A stretch of DNA of 64,000 bases, from IMG/VR virus record IMGVR_UViG_2908873634_000001, positions 1-64,000 of that record. One strand, given 5' to 3'. The stretch comes from a virus. Its lineage: Duplodnaviria; Caudoviricetes. Below are positions 43,613 to 55,764 of this stretch, piece after piece. Each line of letters begins with the position of its first letter. Within the stretch, counting starts at the first letter, position 1. The position numbers and the translations under genes were made by a program. A model generated the notes under the pieces. It had not been told where the DNA came from. It was given only the letters and a program-made list of their open reading frames with translations, and made no database searches.

Positions 43613-45151
43613 ACGCCGCCTCTCCATCGAAGAGCAGTACCGCTCTCTGCCCGCAGAGCAACGGCGCCGGGTCATCGCCCGCGCCCGGCCCGAGACCCGC
43701 ATCAAGCTCGCCCACGTGGAACGCCAGATGGCCATGGACCGCTCCCCGGGCGCGCTCGCCGCAGTCCTCACCGGGGCCGGGAGAAGCAGGCCCCGCACCT
43801 CGACATGATCGACAGCGCATTCCGCCGCATCGCGGCCGGGGAACGACTCCAGGTGATGCTGACCTGCCCACCAAGACATGGGAAGTCTCAGCGCGCCTCT
43901 CGCTGGGGACCCCTGTGGTACCTGCGCCGCAACCCCGAGCACCGCGTCATGATCGCCTGCTACGGTGCCGACCTCGCCGACGACCACGGACGCTGGATCC
44001 GCGACCAGCTCAAGGAGTACTCACCCGCCCTCGGCATCAAACTCCACCCCGCCTCCCACGCCGCGAACCGATTCGACCTCGAGCAGCGCCGCGGGTCCAG
44101 CGTCCGCGGCGGCATGGTCACCGCCGGCGTCGGAGGGGCGCTGAACGGCAAGGGCTTCAACCTCGGAATTATCGATGACCCATTTAAGGGTCACGACGAC
44201 GCCGCCAGCCCTGCCCAGCGTGAACGAATCTGGGAGTGGTACCGGTCCGTGTTCTTCACCCGCCGCGCCCCCGGCGCCTCCCTCATCCTCATCAACACCC
44301 GCTGGCACGAAGACGACCTCTCCGGCCGACTCCTCAAACACGAACCCCACCGCTGGCTCCAGATCGACCTCCCCGCCCTCGCCGACAGCCCCACCGACCC
44401 CTCAACCGCACCATCGGCGACCCCCTCTGGCCCGAGCAATACGACCTCGACGAACTCACCGACATCCGCGAATCCGTCGGCGAACGCGTCTGGTACGCCC
44501 TCTACCAGCAAAACCCCGCCCCTCGAAGGCGGCGTGTGGAAGTGGGCGTGGATCACCAGCCACCGCATCACCCCCGAAGCCTGGCGTGGCATCAACCCCA
44601 CCCGCGTCATCGTCGCCGTCGACCACGCCGGCGGCGACACCATGCGCAACGACGAAGTCGGCCTCGTCTGCGCCGCCCGAGACGACGACGGCCACATGTA
44701 CATCCTCGACGACCGCTCCCGCAGCATGGGCGCCGACACCTGGGGCACCGAAGTCTGTCGCCTCGCCATCGAACGCCAAGCGGACGCGATCGTGGTGGAG
44801 AAGAACTTCGGTGGCGACATGGCGTCCCAGATCGTCACCCAGGCATGGCGCGAGCTCGAGCGCGACGGCGAAACGAACCGGATGCTCATGCCGGCGATCG
44901 TCGAAGTCCACGCCAAGCAGGGCAAGCGGCTGCGGGCCGAGCCGATCGCGCAGCTCTACAAGCAGGGCAAGGTCCACCACGTCGACGAGCACACCGAGCT
45001 CGAAGGCCAGCTCGTCACGTGGATCCCGGGCATGGACTCCCCGGACCGTATGGACGCCGCGGTGCACGCCTTGACCGAGCTTGCGGATCCGGCTGCGGTG
45101 TCGACGGGCACGGGCTCGTACACCGACCAGCGACTCGCGGGCCGCCGATGA
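43596..45151 (+). CDS. Terminase large subunit
   Basis: PPRHGKS Walker A, GIIDDP Walker B, TRWHEDDL, nuclease VAVD...VEKNFGG...SPDRMDA. Confidence 0.92.
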
Positions 45152-45372
45152 CCCCGGGCCTGCATATGCCGATGGGCTGGTTCGTGCACGCCTCTAGCGT
45201 CCTGACCAGCCCAGTGGCAGTGTGAACGGTATGCGGCACCCCGCCCCCACCTCGCGGGTTGTGCCGCCGGCCCTGCCCCAGCGGGCCACGCTCCGGCCAC
45301 GTCCCAGGCCGGAGAGGGCAGGGCCGCGCCCGCCTCCCGGCTCCCCACGGGAGGCCACAGGCGCGCAGGGCC

Positions 45373-46378
45373 TCACCGCCGGAGGACGTTGACCAGCTTC
45401 TCCGGGTCGAGGATCGGCGCCCCGTCCGGGCCCTTGATGTGCTGGTCGATCCAGATCGGCCGGTGCGTCTCCCTGGAGGGGTAGTACTGGTTGCGCCAGT
45501 GCCCCGCACGATCCACCTGTGCCGGTAGCCCCGCCCGCCCGCGCCGTCCTCGGGCCCGGCCTGCTGCGGCACCGCGTGATGGCGCAGGCGGACGTAGCGG
45601 ACGGCGGTCAGCAGGTTCGGGTCGATCCGTGCGATGTGCTTCGCCGACGAACGGGGAGCTTCGACGCTCTCCTCGCTGGCGAGGGACTGGCCCATGAGCA
45701 GCCACGTCACCACCAGCGCCCGCTCTGCCTGTTCGATCCGGTTGGACGAACGGGTGTGGTCCTCCATCTCGGCCCAGCTCATGCTGCTGGTGTCTTCGGG
45801 CGCCATGGCCAGCCAGCCGGGAACCTTCCCGAACGGCAGGCGAGCGCCGGACATGCAGACGATCGGGTACGGGTACTGCTGGCGGATCAGCCGCACCTCT
45901 GCCGGCGTCAGATCCCGCAGCCCGGCCTGGGGTCGCCCTTCGCCATCGAGGTCAGCCACTCCTCCTGGCGGGCCCAGGAGCGGATGTAGACGCCGCCGCC
46001 GTAGACGGCCCACGTGACTCCGATGATCGGTGCACCGACCAGCTCAGTGCCGTCGTACGTGTCTGTGACGGGCTCTTCCCACAGCAGCAGCCCGTGCGGC
46101 GCGGGGAGGTCTTCGGGGTGCAGCCGGTAGGCGGGGAGCGCCATGCCGGCCGACACGGCGAGACGCGTCATGTCGGCCGAGGCATAGAACAGCTCGGCCG
46201 ACTTGAGCGACACCGCCCAGTCCTTCGCGGCCTGCCGTTCCCTGGCCGCGGTCTGCGGGTCGAACCCGCGGGCCCACGTCTCCGGCCCGCCATGCTCACC
46301 CGGGTCCTGGAGCCACTGGGCGAGTTCGGCGCGGATCTCGGGGAGCTGACGGGCCTGGAGGGTGGGCGTCTTGGGCAC
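45373..46378 (-). CDS. Phage protein with C-terminal VRGHWR motif
   Basis: HRWIVRGHWRNQYYPS..HRPIWI..HIKGPDGAP; frameshifted. Confidence 0.65.
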
Positions 46379-46382
46379 GGGC

Positions 46383-47601
46383 TTACTCCTGGGTGGGGAG
46401 AGCGGCGAGGTCACCGCGCAGGATGGCGTCGATGACGGCGAGGGCTTGGATGCGGGTCCAGTTCCGGCAGGCGGTCGCGAGGTCAGCCGTGCCCTCGTGC
46501 TCGTCGTCCAGATCTTCGGCCTCGTCTGCGAGCAGCAGGCTGGGTTCCTCGAGCCAGGTGATGTCGATGATGGTGTCGTTGACGATGTACGCCAGAGCCT
46601 GCCAGTGCTCGGCGGGCAGTGCGGGGATGTCGCGGAGTTCGAGGGCGAGCAGCCGGTCGAGGGTGTCGTGCGGCAGGGCCCGGTAGGGGTTACCGGCGTT
46701 ACGAGCGCGGGTGACGGCCTGGCTGATGGTCTTCTCGCTGACGCCGAGGTCGCCGGCCAGGGACTTGGCGCCGCCGTGGCCTCGGCGGGCGACCTCGTCG
46801 GCGATGGCGCGGGCTTTGTCGTCGGCGCCGGCGGAGCGTTCGCGGGTGCCGTGGTCGATGCGCTGTTCGGCCTGGCGGAGGCGGTTGAGGAAGTCGGTCA
46901 TGACGAGAGGCCTTTCAGGAGGGCCCGGCCGCCTTTGGGGCGCGGCCGGGCAGTCATGCGAGTGGCGGTGGACCGGCTCAGGCCTCGTCGTCCTGGTCGG
47001 CGTTGTCCCGCAGTTCCTCCAGGTACCGCTTCAGGCCCTCGACGACGACGGTGTCCACGCTCCGGCCGGGGCCGTCGCATCCGGCAAGCCCGGTGCGGAT
47101 CTCCTTAGCGATCTCGTCCAGCCGCTCGTCGGTGGTGTCCAAGGTGATCTCGTACTCCTCGGCCTCGCAGCCGTTGGTCGCACCGTCCAGGTCCCACACC
47201 ACAATCAGGTCGGCCGGGTCGACGTCGTACTCGTTGTCGTAGTGGGAGACGATCTCTTCGATCTCCTCCTCAGCCGCGGCGGCGTCCTCACCGAGGCGGG
47301 CCACCATGTTGTTGCCGTCCCAGATCTCCTCCCAGTCGGCAAGCATCCGCTGGGCGAGGGGCTTGATCTCCTCGATCAGTCGGTCGGCGGCCGTGCCGGT
47401 GAGTGCAGGGATGCCGTAGCGGCGGTCGAAGCCGTGGAAGACGGAGGCCGGGGCCCCGCTGCCGATCACGGAGTCGACGTCGGCGTACAGGCGGCCGTTC
47501 TTGAGGTCGAGTTCCAGGTAGGCCGGCTGGGGCTTGTGCTGTCCGTCGTACTGGAGGTGGAGCTCGGTGGCGCCGGTGGGGATGGTCGTCAGCTTGGTCA
47601 T
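46383..47601 (-). CDS. Two-gene unit: acidic hypothetical (46978-47601) and HTH protein (46383-46901)
   Basis: GAKSLAGDLGVSEKTISQAV HTH; own promoter with repeats at 47685-47730. Confidence 0.7.
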
Positions 47602-47653
47602 GGTGGTTACCCTTCGGGTTGACGGATCTGGTCCTGCAAGACCTTGTCCGGCG

Positions 47654-47730
47654 GGGTGTCGGAGGGCGCTTCCTCCGACACCCACTACGTTACTTACCTC
47701 TTGGGGTAAGTACAACCCCATGGGGTAAGA
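47654..47730 (-). promoter_or_regulatory. Promoter with tandem palindromic operators and leader hairpin
   Basis: Minus strand TTGTAC-N17-TAACGT; CTTACCTCTTGGGGTAAG and CAACCCCATGGGGTAAG; hairpin GGGTGTCGGAGG/CCTCCGACACCC. Confidence 0.6.
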
Positions 47731-47822
47731 AACTGACGTTCGAGCCACACCATCCATCGCCTACGCGTCGCCGTCAGACCTGCATGCGAGCCTGTCCCCA
47801 CCCCCACCATGAGGAGCAGCCA

Positions 47823-48331
47823 GTGCAGAACTACAAGGTCGCCTGGGTTCAAGACGGCGAGCCGAAGCGGTCCGGCGTCGCCTACGACAAGCCCAGCGCC
47901 GAAGACCGCAAAGCCCGCCTGGAGCAGGAAGACGGCATCACCGACGTGCAGATCATTCAGGTGAAGCCCGGCGAGTAACGGCCACGCGCCCGGGCGCTGT
48001 CAGTCCCGGCCCCTACCGTGATCTCCAAGGGCTGGGGCTCGCCCGGCCAGCGCACGGAGGTCGCCATGGGCGAGATCACCATCCACCCCCAAGACCTCGA
48101 CCGACTCCTCACCGACGGAACCAGCTCGAGGCCGCGCACCATCTCGTACCAGCAGGCCTACGTCGACATCGCCGCCACGCATTACGGGCGGCCGGTCTCC
48201 GAGATCCTGCCCTCCTCCACGCAGCCGCCCACACCGCGGGGGTCCCGTTCACCGAAGACGACCTGACCGGGCAGGCCGAAGCGATCCGGGCCGGTGTTTC
48301 TTACGAGCTTCGCGTGCGCGTCTCCCGGTAG
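47823..48331 (+). CDS. Two small hypothetical genes (47823-47978, 48066-48331)
   Basis: GAGGAG/GGAGG RBS; GC3-rich frames. Confidence 0.55.
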
Positions 48332-48812
48332 TCGGCTCACGTCTGGGTGTCAGGCGGCCTTCGGCTTCGGCTGTCGCCTAGCCTCCACCTCGGCCCGGCA
48401 GGAGTGGCACAGCGGGTTCGCCGTGCCCGTACCGGTGGCACGGGGCGTGGCAGCGGGAGCACCGGCCACGCAGGGACGACGGGCACTGCTCGGGCGGGAG
48501 GTTCACGGGCGTGGTCATGGTGGTTCCTCGGTCTGATCAGGGCGAACGTGCCAGAAACGGGCCAGCGGCCCGGAGGGTCTGGCGCTACTGAAATCCTACG
48601 ACTGTTCGATTTGCGGGCCTGACACGGCACGCCCCTCCCGGGTACGGTCACCCCACCGGTGCACACCGCACCCCACACAGGAGGGGGACACGCATGCGCC
48701 GCGATCCGGAGTGGGGCCTGACCGACACCGGCTGGGGCCTGGACGAACCCGAGTGGGGCTGACCCCACGACAGCGGCCCGTCACCCCACGATGGGGGTGG
48801 CGGGCCGCTCGG

Positions 48813-49265
48813 CTACTTCCCGCTAGCCGCAACCGCCGCAGCGACCGCGATCCAGCCCTTATGCCAGGCCTGGTCCAGCAGCGGCCCCGCGCCCGGGTCC
48901 CGTTGAAGCCAGCCCGCAGAGCCCTTGCGGTGGGCGAGGCGGACCAGGCGGGTCGACGGCTCCGTCTCCTGCCAGTGGCCGGCGGATCGGTCAGCGAGGT
49001 AGTGGGTGACGGCGGAGACCGCGAGGCCAGCAGCGGCCCGGCGCCAGTCCAACCGAAGCCCGAGCCCGCGGTTGGCGGCCACGAGGGCGAGGGCCTGGAC
49101 GGCGGTGTAGGAGGCGACGTGCCGAGCACATGCCAGACGGCCCTCCCTCCCGGGTCGGCCCTTGGCAACAGCGTCCCTGTCCTGTTGGGCCCAGTAGTCA
49201 CCGACCTCGTGCGCGGCAGTCAGGACGGCGTAGGAAGCAGCGAAGCGTTCGGGAGCGGTGGTCAT
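48813..49265 (-). CDS. Membrane protein, DUF3307-like
   Basis: HEVGDYWAQ...HVASY...HYLAD...LDQAWH conserved His/Asp pattern. Confidence 0.7.
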   Translation of the reverse strand: MTTAPERFAASYAVLTAAHEVGDYWAQQDRDAVAKGRPGREGRLACARHVASYTAVQALALVAANRGLGLRLDWRRAAAGLAVSAVTHYLADRSAGHWQETEPSTRLVRLAHRKGSAGWLQRDPGAGPLLDQAWHKGWIAVAAAVAASGK

Positions 49266-49417
49266 GGGTCCCTTTCTGAGGTGATGTAACGGAAAGTAGG
49301 TGCCCGCCCGTGGAGCAGGGAGCCTTTCGTAACCCGCTGCTACGGGACAGGCCAGTGTGGGCTGCTACGCCGCATCCGATTCGACTTCACGGACTGGCCG
49401 AAGCCGGTACGCAACCC

Positions 49418-49972
49418 CTAGCAACGCACGCTGGTACTGCTGTGAACCTGCGCCGACAGACCAGTCAGGAAGCCGGCCGCCTTCGACGCCTCCTGCCGTA
49501 CCGCGGCCAGCACCTCCCGAATCTCCTTGAGCTCACCCCGCGCTTTCTCCAGCGCCGCGTGTTCAGCACGGCTCCCCACACGCGCCCGGTGAAGCCGCTC
49601 GATTCCCTCCTGAAGCACCCAGCCCTCCTCAGGGGAAAGCCGGCGCTCTACGGCCTCGGCCGCGAGGAGGAGGGGCTCCTGCTTCGCTATCTGCCCTGCA
49701 GGGCGACGAACTGCCGGAGCGGTCACCGTCACCACGCCTGCGGCGACCGCGACCGCAACGGAGTGCGCGCGGTCCGCTGTGCGCAGGCGGTTCCTGATAG
49801 CCCGCCAGTGCTCCCGCACGGTATGGATGCTGATGTCGAGAGCATCGGCAATCCGCTGGTCGGTGTGCTCGGTTGCCGCGTACTGGAGAACGCGGACCTG
49901 GAGGTCAGTGAGAACGGTCTCGGGCCCGCCACCAGCCGGTGACAGGCCCGGAGTGCTGCTCGTATGGGTCAT
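49418..49972 (-). CDS. LuxR-type HTH regulator
   Basis: LTDLQVRVL...DQRIADALDISIHTVREHWRAIRNRLRTADRAHSVA. Confidence 0.75.
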   Translation of the reverse strand: MTHTSSTPGLSPAGGGPETVLTDLQVRVLQYAATEHTDQRIADALDISIHTVREHWRAIRNRLRTADRAHSVAVAVAAGVVTVTAPAVRRPAGQIAKQEPLLLAAEAVERRLSPEEGWVLQEGIERLHRARVGSRAEHAALEKARGELKEIREVLAAVRQEASKAAGFLTGLSAQVHSSTSVRC

Positions 49973-50068
49973 GGCGATTCCTTGGGACTCTGCGGGCGGT
50001 ACGGTGTGGCGCCGTGAGGGGCGTGCCCGGCCTGAGGAGGTTGTGGGCGCGCCCCTCACGCGTCTCGG

Positions 50069-53000
50069 TCAGGCGGGCCAGGTCTCGGGCGGCTCGACAA
50101 CGAGCGGGGCCTCGCGGTCCACGCGAATGGCCTTGCTGCTGTATGCGGCAACCGGACGGCCTTCCTCAGTGACGAAGACCTGGTAGCAGATGACGCGGTC
50201 TCCGTTCGGCTTCGTGTCGACGTGCAGGTTGCTGTGCAGAGGGACGGCGTTGGGGTTGATGCCGTTGGCGGTGAGCCAGTCGCAGATGGTAAGGCGGCGG
50301 GCTTCGCTAGGGCCGAGGACGGCCATCTCAGCTCTCCTTCGGGTAGGGCCCGGCGGGGTCTCCGGGCTGGGCGGGGCATATGAACGGGTACGGCGGGTTG
50401 GTGCCGGAGCAGCCGGGGCAGTCCTCGGCATTGGCCTGGTTGCCGACGTGGACAGGCGGGGTCGTCTCCGTGGGTGTGGTGCGGGCGTCGAGGGCGGTCC
50501 GGGCTGCCGCGAGGCGGGCGCAGTGGCCGCACGGGCTGTCGTCCTTGCCCCAGCGGCCGGGGGTGAGGTGGGAGTGGCCGGGGCCGTCGTAGTCGAGGAC
50601 GTAGCGCAGATGGCCAGCCATGGCAGCGAGCTCGGCCTCGGCCTTCTTGGCGTGCTGGAGGGCGGTTTCGAGGTCGGTGGCGTTCGTGCGGGCCTGCTGG
50701 CCGTCGCGGCGGGCGACTTCGAGCAGGGCGGCAAGGCGCCGTTCGGCGGTCTCGGCGCGTTTCTGCTCGGTGATGACCTGGGCGCGGAGGTCGGCCGCGA
50801 GCCGCTCGGCGCGGTTGGCGCCCTGCTCGGCGGCGACCACCGCGTTGACGGCGTTCTGGTAGTGGATGGCGATGTCGTCGGGCAGGTGCTGGGTGCGGGC
50901 GGCGGTGAGTTCGGTGCGGAGCTGATCCCGCTCGGCTCCGGCCTGGTTCATGAGCTGGATCGCACGGACCGCAACATCAGCGGCGCCTTCGAGGTCTCGG
51001 GCGCGCGCTTCGGCGACCTCGGCTCGGACGCGAAGCCGTTCCATCTCGGCGTCCCGGGTGGCGAGGACAGCGTCGGCGTGGGCGTACCAGACGCTCCGGA
51101 CGTGCTCCCACTCGGTGCCTTCGCCGAGGAAGGCCTTGGACCCGGCGTGTCCGGCGAGGGCTTCGGCGTACTGCTGGCGGAGGGCTTCGCGGGCCTCGTC
51201 GGCCGTGTGCCGGGGCTGGCGGGCTCGGGCCCGGCCGGGTCCCATGCGGCGCCGCCGATCTCCTTCCCGTTGACGACGAGCGGCCTCCGTGGGGCCGGTG
51301 TGCCCGACGTGGTCGGTGCAGATGGTCTCGGGGTACTGGTCGCAGGCGACGCCGCAGCGGGCGGGCTCGAGCTGGGCGGGCTCGCCTTCCTCTCGGGTAC
51401 GTCGGACGGCCACGTCGACGAGCGCTTCCAGTCCCTGCGCGGCGGCCGGGCTGAGGTCCGGGCGGGCGTGGACGGTGATGGCGGTGGTGTCGCGGGGCGG
51501 GCAGTGGGCGGGCTCGCCGCAGTGGTCGCCGTCGGTGCAGGGAGGGCGGTGAGAGTGCTCGGGCACGGTCATCGGTCTCCGTTCAGGGCGCGGGCCACCG
51601 CGAGGGCGGGGTGGTCGTCGGGGATCAGGGGCGGGTCGTCGAAGAGCTGGGCCAGCCGGTCGGACATGGCGGCGTGGTAGTCGAGCCAGTCCGCGAGGGC
51701 GTGGCCGACGTCGGGGTCCATGAGGGCGATGTACGCGGCGTCGGCGCGTCCCTGCTCGCTGTCCTCCAGCCCGGCCCCGGTGCCGGGGTGGGAAGGCGAC
51801 GTTCCACCCGAAGTCCCCGACGCCGCCCTCCGTCCACGGCCCGGGGCTGGCGGCGTCGGCGTGCTCGCGAAGCTTTTCGGCGGCAGCCCTCAGTTCGTCG
51901 GCGGGGCTGGGCTGGGTCATCGGTTCTCGTCCTCCTCGTCGATCCCGTCGCAGGCCGGCCGGTAGCACGCACGCTCGGGGTCCTGCCAGTGCTCCCGGTA
52001 CGCGGCCAGGCCGGCAGCCAGCCAGTCGTCTCCGTCGGCGAACTGCGGGCGCCGCTCTTCCCAGTAGGCGACTGCCTTCCGGAGCGGCTCCAGGTCGTAG
52101 GCGGTGCTGAACCCTGGAGCTTGATGTACGAGATCCAGGAGCGGCGCTGATGCTCGTAGGACTGCCGGGTCAGGCTGTAGCCGCGGGCGGGGTCGATGTC
52201 GTCGCTGGTGTTCCCGCGGAGGATGCACAGGGCGGTGTGGGCGTCGGCCAGGGAGGTTCTTCGGTCGGCGATTTGTGCGGGTGTCAGAGTTGCCTGCTCT
52301 TCCATGTAGACCGCGGCCGCTCTCATCCGGGCCAGTGCGGTCATGTGCTGGACGCGGGGTGTGGCGGGCACGGCGGGCCAGCGCAGGGGCTTACGTTCCG
52401 GGCCTGGCGTGGGCGGGGTCTCGGCCTGGGTGACCGGAGGGGTGCCGTAGTCGGCAAGGTCGCGGATGACGTTGATCTGCCGCGGGGGTCTGCGGTGAGT
52501 GGCAGTTCGAGCTGTAGCGTCATCGGTTCTCGTCCTCCTCGACGGTCCACGTGGTCGTCTCCCGCACGAGGCGGAACTCAGTGTCGGGGTGGCGTTCGCG
52601 GCGCTGGGCGAGGGTCTGGAGGGCGTCGTGGTGGTTGGAGTGGGTGAAGCCCCAGCCGATCCAGTTGTTGCCGTCCTTGCGGGCGACGTGCCACCGCGTC
52701 TCGGCGGGCCGGGCTTCGGTGCCCGTCTGGGTGTCGTCCGGCCCGGCAGCGGGGCCGTGTCAACCCCGCTTGCAGGACGTGCAACGGGCGCGGCGTCCGA
52801 CTGCTCGGGGTGCCCACCGGTGGGGTCAACGAAGGCGGTGCATCCGCAGCCGTCCTCTCCGGCCGTGACTCGGCAGCGGCCGCCGGCCACGTGCCAGTTG
52901 AGGGTGTGCGCGCAGTAGCCGCAGGGCGTGGCGAGGGACCAGGTGTCCGGCTGCTGTCCGCCGGCCTGACGCGCGGCTCCGTCGCCGTGGAGTTCGATCG

Positions 53001-55689
53001 TGAGCGGGGCGTTGAGGTACCGGAACGCGGCCTGGAGGACGCTGACCGGGTGGTCGGCGATGTGGCGGGCGAGCGCCCACGCGGCCGGGTTGTCCGGCTC
53101 ACGGGGCTCGGCCTCGGGCTCCTCGGGGGCGGGCGGGCGGCGTCGGCCGCCTTCCCGTCCACGGCGATGTCCCGGCCGGTGGTGTCGATGCCGACGTGCT
53201 CCAGCAGGCCACGGAGACCGCTCCTGCGCTGGATGTGCCACACGTCGGAGTAGCCGAGCGTGCCGCCCTGGCAGGTCATCTTCGGGTGGCAGGCGGTCTC
53301 GGCGCCGACGAGGTTGAGGCACAGGCAGCGGTGCCAGCGCTTCAGGCCGTGCTCAACTCCCGCCTCGCATTCGGTGCCGGGATGGTGGGCGGTGTGGCCG
53401 CAGCCGGGGCAGGCGGGCTGCTGGTTGATGGCCTGACGGGCGGCGGCTTCGTCCATGTAGCAGGGCGCGCCTACGCGGTGGACGGTAAGCGGGGCGTTCG
53501 TCTCACCACAGCCGCATACGGCGGGGGCGGCGTGCCTGTCACACTCGCACCCTGTAGCGCCAGCGTCATGGATGCAGATCCCGCCGGAAGGCTCGCCGCA
53601 GCACGTATCGCGCTTCTTGGAGATGGGGGCGTCCTGACGGGCGGCTTCCGGTTTCCGGCGGCGCCAGTACGACTCCTCGGTGTAGTCGAACCGCTCCCAG
53701 CCCTTGCGGCCCATGTCGACGTTGCGCTCCCACGTGGTATCGGGCTCGCCGTCGTCGCCGTAGGGCGGCTCGTCCGAGTAGTCCCACTGCTTTCGGGGGC
53801 CTTCGGTGAGGGTGTACTCCCAGTCGGGGTGGGCGCAGCGGGCGTGGAGTTCGGCGTCGGTCGGGGTCTGGTCGGTCATGTCGGGTCTCCAGGGTGTGGG
53901 GGCCGCCCGGGTGCGGGGCGGCCCCAGAGGGACGGGCAGGGGTCAGGCAGTGAGGTGCTCGACGGCGTGGACCGCGCGGCCGGTCCACGAGAAGCGGCGG
54001 CCCTTCCCGGCCGGGCCCTTCGCCCGCTGCATGAGGCGCCAGACCTCGCCGGGCTGGTACTCGTCCCACCGGTAGTCGTAGCGGTCGCCGGCCCACTCGG
54101 TCTCGGCGGAGACCGCGTCGTTCTGGACGGCGTCGAGGGTGTCGGCGGCGGCGATGGGACGGTCGGCGAGGGTCGCGACGTAGGTGGTGGCCATCGTGTG
54201 CTCCTGGTGGGGGCCGGGCCGCAGGGGCGACCCGGCGTGGGACGGGCAAAGGGGTCAGGCGGCGGGGGTGACGGGCGGCAGGTCCGGGCGGACGTCCTTC
54301 AGGTCGTCGGCCGTGATGTTCCGGTAGTGCTGCGCGTGGCCGTGAACCGCGCGCCGCAGCCTCCACCGGGGCGGGGCGCCCATCCGGAGATGTCGGTGTG
54401 GTGGGTCTTACTGGGAGGGTGGGCTTCCGGCATCCGTCGCAGTACGAGTCAGTGCGGTTGATGACGAGGGTGGCGGTCAGCTCGGGCTGCTCGGTGGCGG
54501 TCATGGTCGGGGTTCTCCTCCGGGTCGGTAGGGTCTGGGCCGGGCCGCCTCGCACTTCGACTGCGGGGCGGCCTGCGGCGTGTTCAGATCCGGCTGGGGT
54601 GGGACGCGATGTCGGCGTCGGCCATCGCGGCCAGGCACTCCGCCTTCTGCTTCTCGTAGCTCTTGCCGGAGGCCTGCCCGGCGCGCTTGGCGAGCAGGTA
54701 GGCCTGCTCGTCCTCGGCGGTCGGCGCCTCGATCCGCAGGGCGTGCAGCACAGCGGCGAGGACGGTCCCCGGGTCGGCGTCGGGCTGGCCGGCGGCGCCC
54801 TCGATGGCGTGCCACGCGCGGTCGTGCTCCTGGACGGTGAGCTTGCGGGGCTGCTCGGCGCCGGGTGCTCGACGACCCACTGCCGCACGGTCTTCTCGAC
54901 CTCCAGCAGGGCCGCGGCACCCTGCTCGCGGGCTGCGGTGTCCTGCGGGCTGTCGCTGGCCGCGCGCCACGCGTTCCGGAGCGACCGCTGGTAGGTCTTC
55001 AGCGGCCCGTTGAGGGTGTCGGCGAGGGCAGTGAGGGCGTAGATCTGGTCACGGGTGGGCTGCGGCTGCTCGGGCATCGGTGTCTCCTGGGTGTGTGGGC
55101 GGGTGGAACCGGATTCAGGCGGCGGTGGTCAGTCCTCGTCGCCGGGAAGCGGGTGGCCGGCGGCGCGGAGCCGGTTGGCGAGGTCGTTGCAGTCGATGCC
55201 GCCGATGTCGTTGGACTCGACGACGTACTCGGTGACGATCCGCAGGACGTCGTTGCGCTGTTGTTCGGCGCGCTCGCGGAACTGGTGCGGGGTGGGGCTG
55301 GTGCGGCGCTGGATGGTGACGGTGTAGGAGTCGCGGGGGTCGGGGCCGTGCCGCAGGTCCATGGAGACGGACGGGGCGGTCATCTCGGTCTCGACGTAGT
55401 TCTCGGCGCCGTATCCGTCGAGGATGCCGCGCATTGAGGCGACGAAGATCTTGAGGATTTCGGTGGCCTCGGAGAGTTCGAGGGCGGCGACGCCGTCCTT
55501 GATGGTGAGGGAGCGCATCATCGTGCCGTCGACGAGGATCTCGGCGGCGAGGTCTCCGAGGGCTTCGAAGGCGCGGTCGGCCAGCTCGGCGGGGTTCGCG
55601 GAGGCGGGGCTGTTGGCGATGGCGGTCTCGATGGCGTTGCGGGCCTGTTTTCGGCGGGTGGCGCGCTGGGGTTCGGTCAGCTCGGGCAT
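50069..55689 (-). CDS. Run of ~9 mosaic hypothetical early genes (50069-50326, 50328-51572, 51569-51920, 51917-52523, 52520-53879, 53943-54194, ~54255-54504, 54584-55077, 55129-55689)
   Basis: Coupled ATGA overlaps, RBSs, many Cys/His micro-motifs; frameshifted. Confidence 0.6.
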
Positions 55690-55764
55690 GGGGTGCTCCT
55701 GGGTGGGTGCGGCAGGGGTCAGGCGGCAGATGCGGTAGTACGGCGGCGAGCAGCCCGGCATGGC

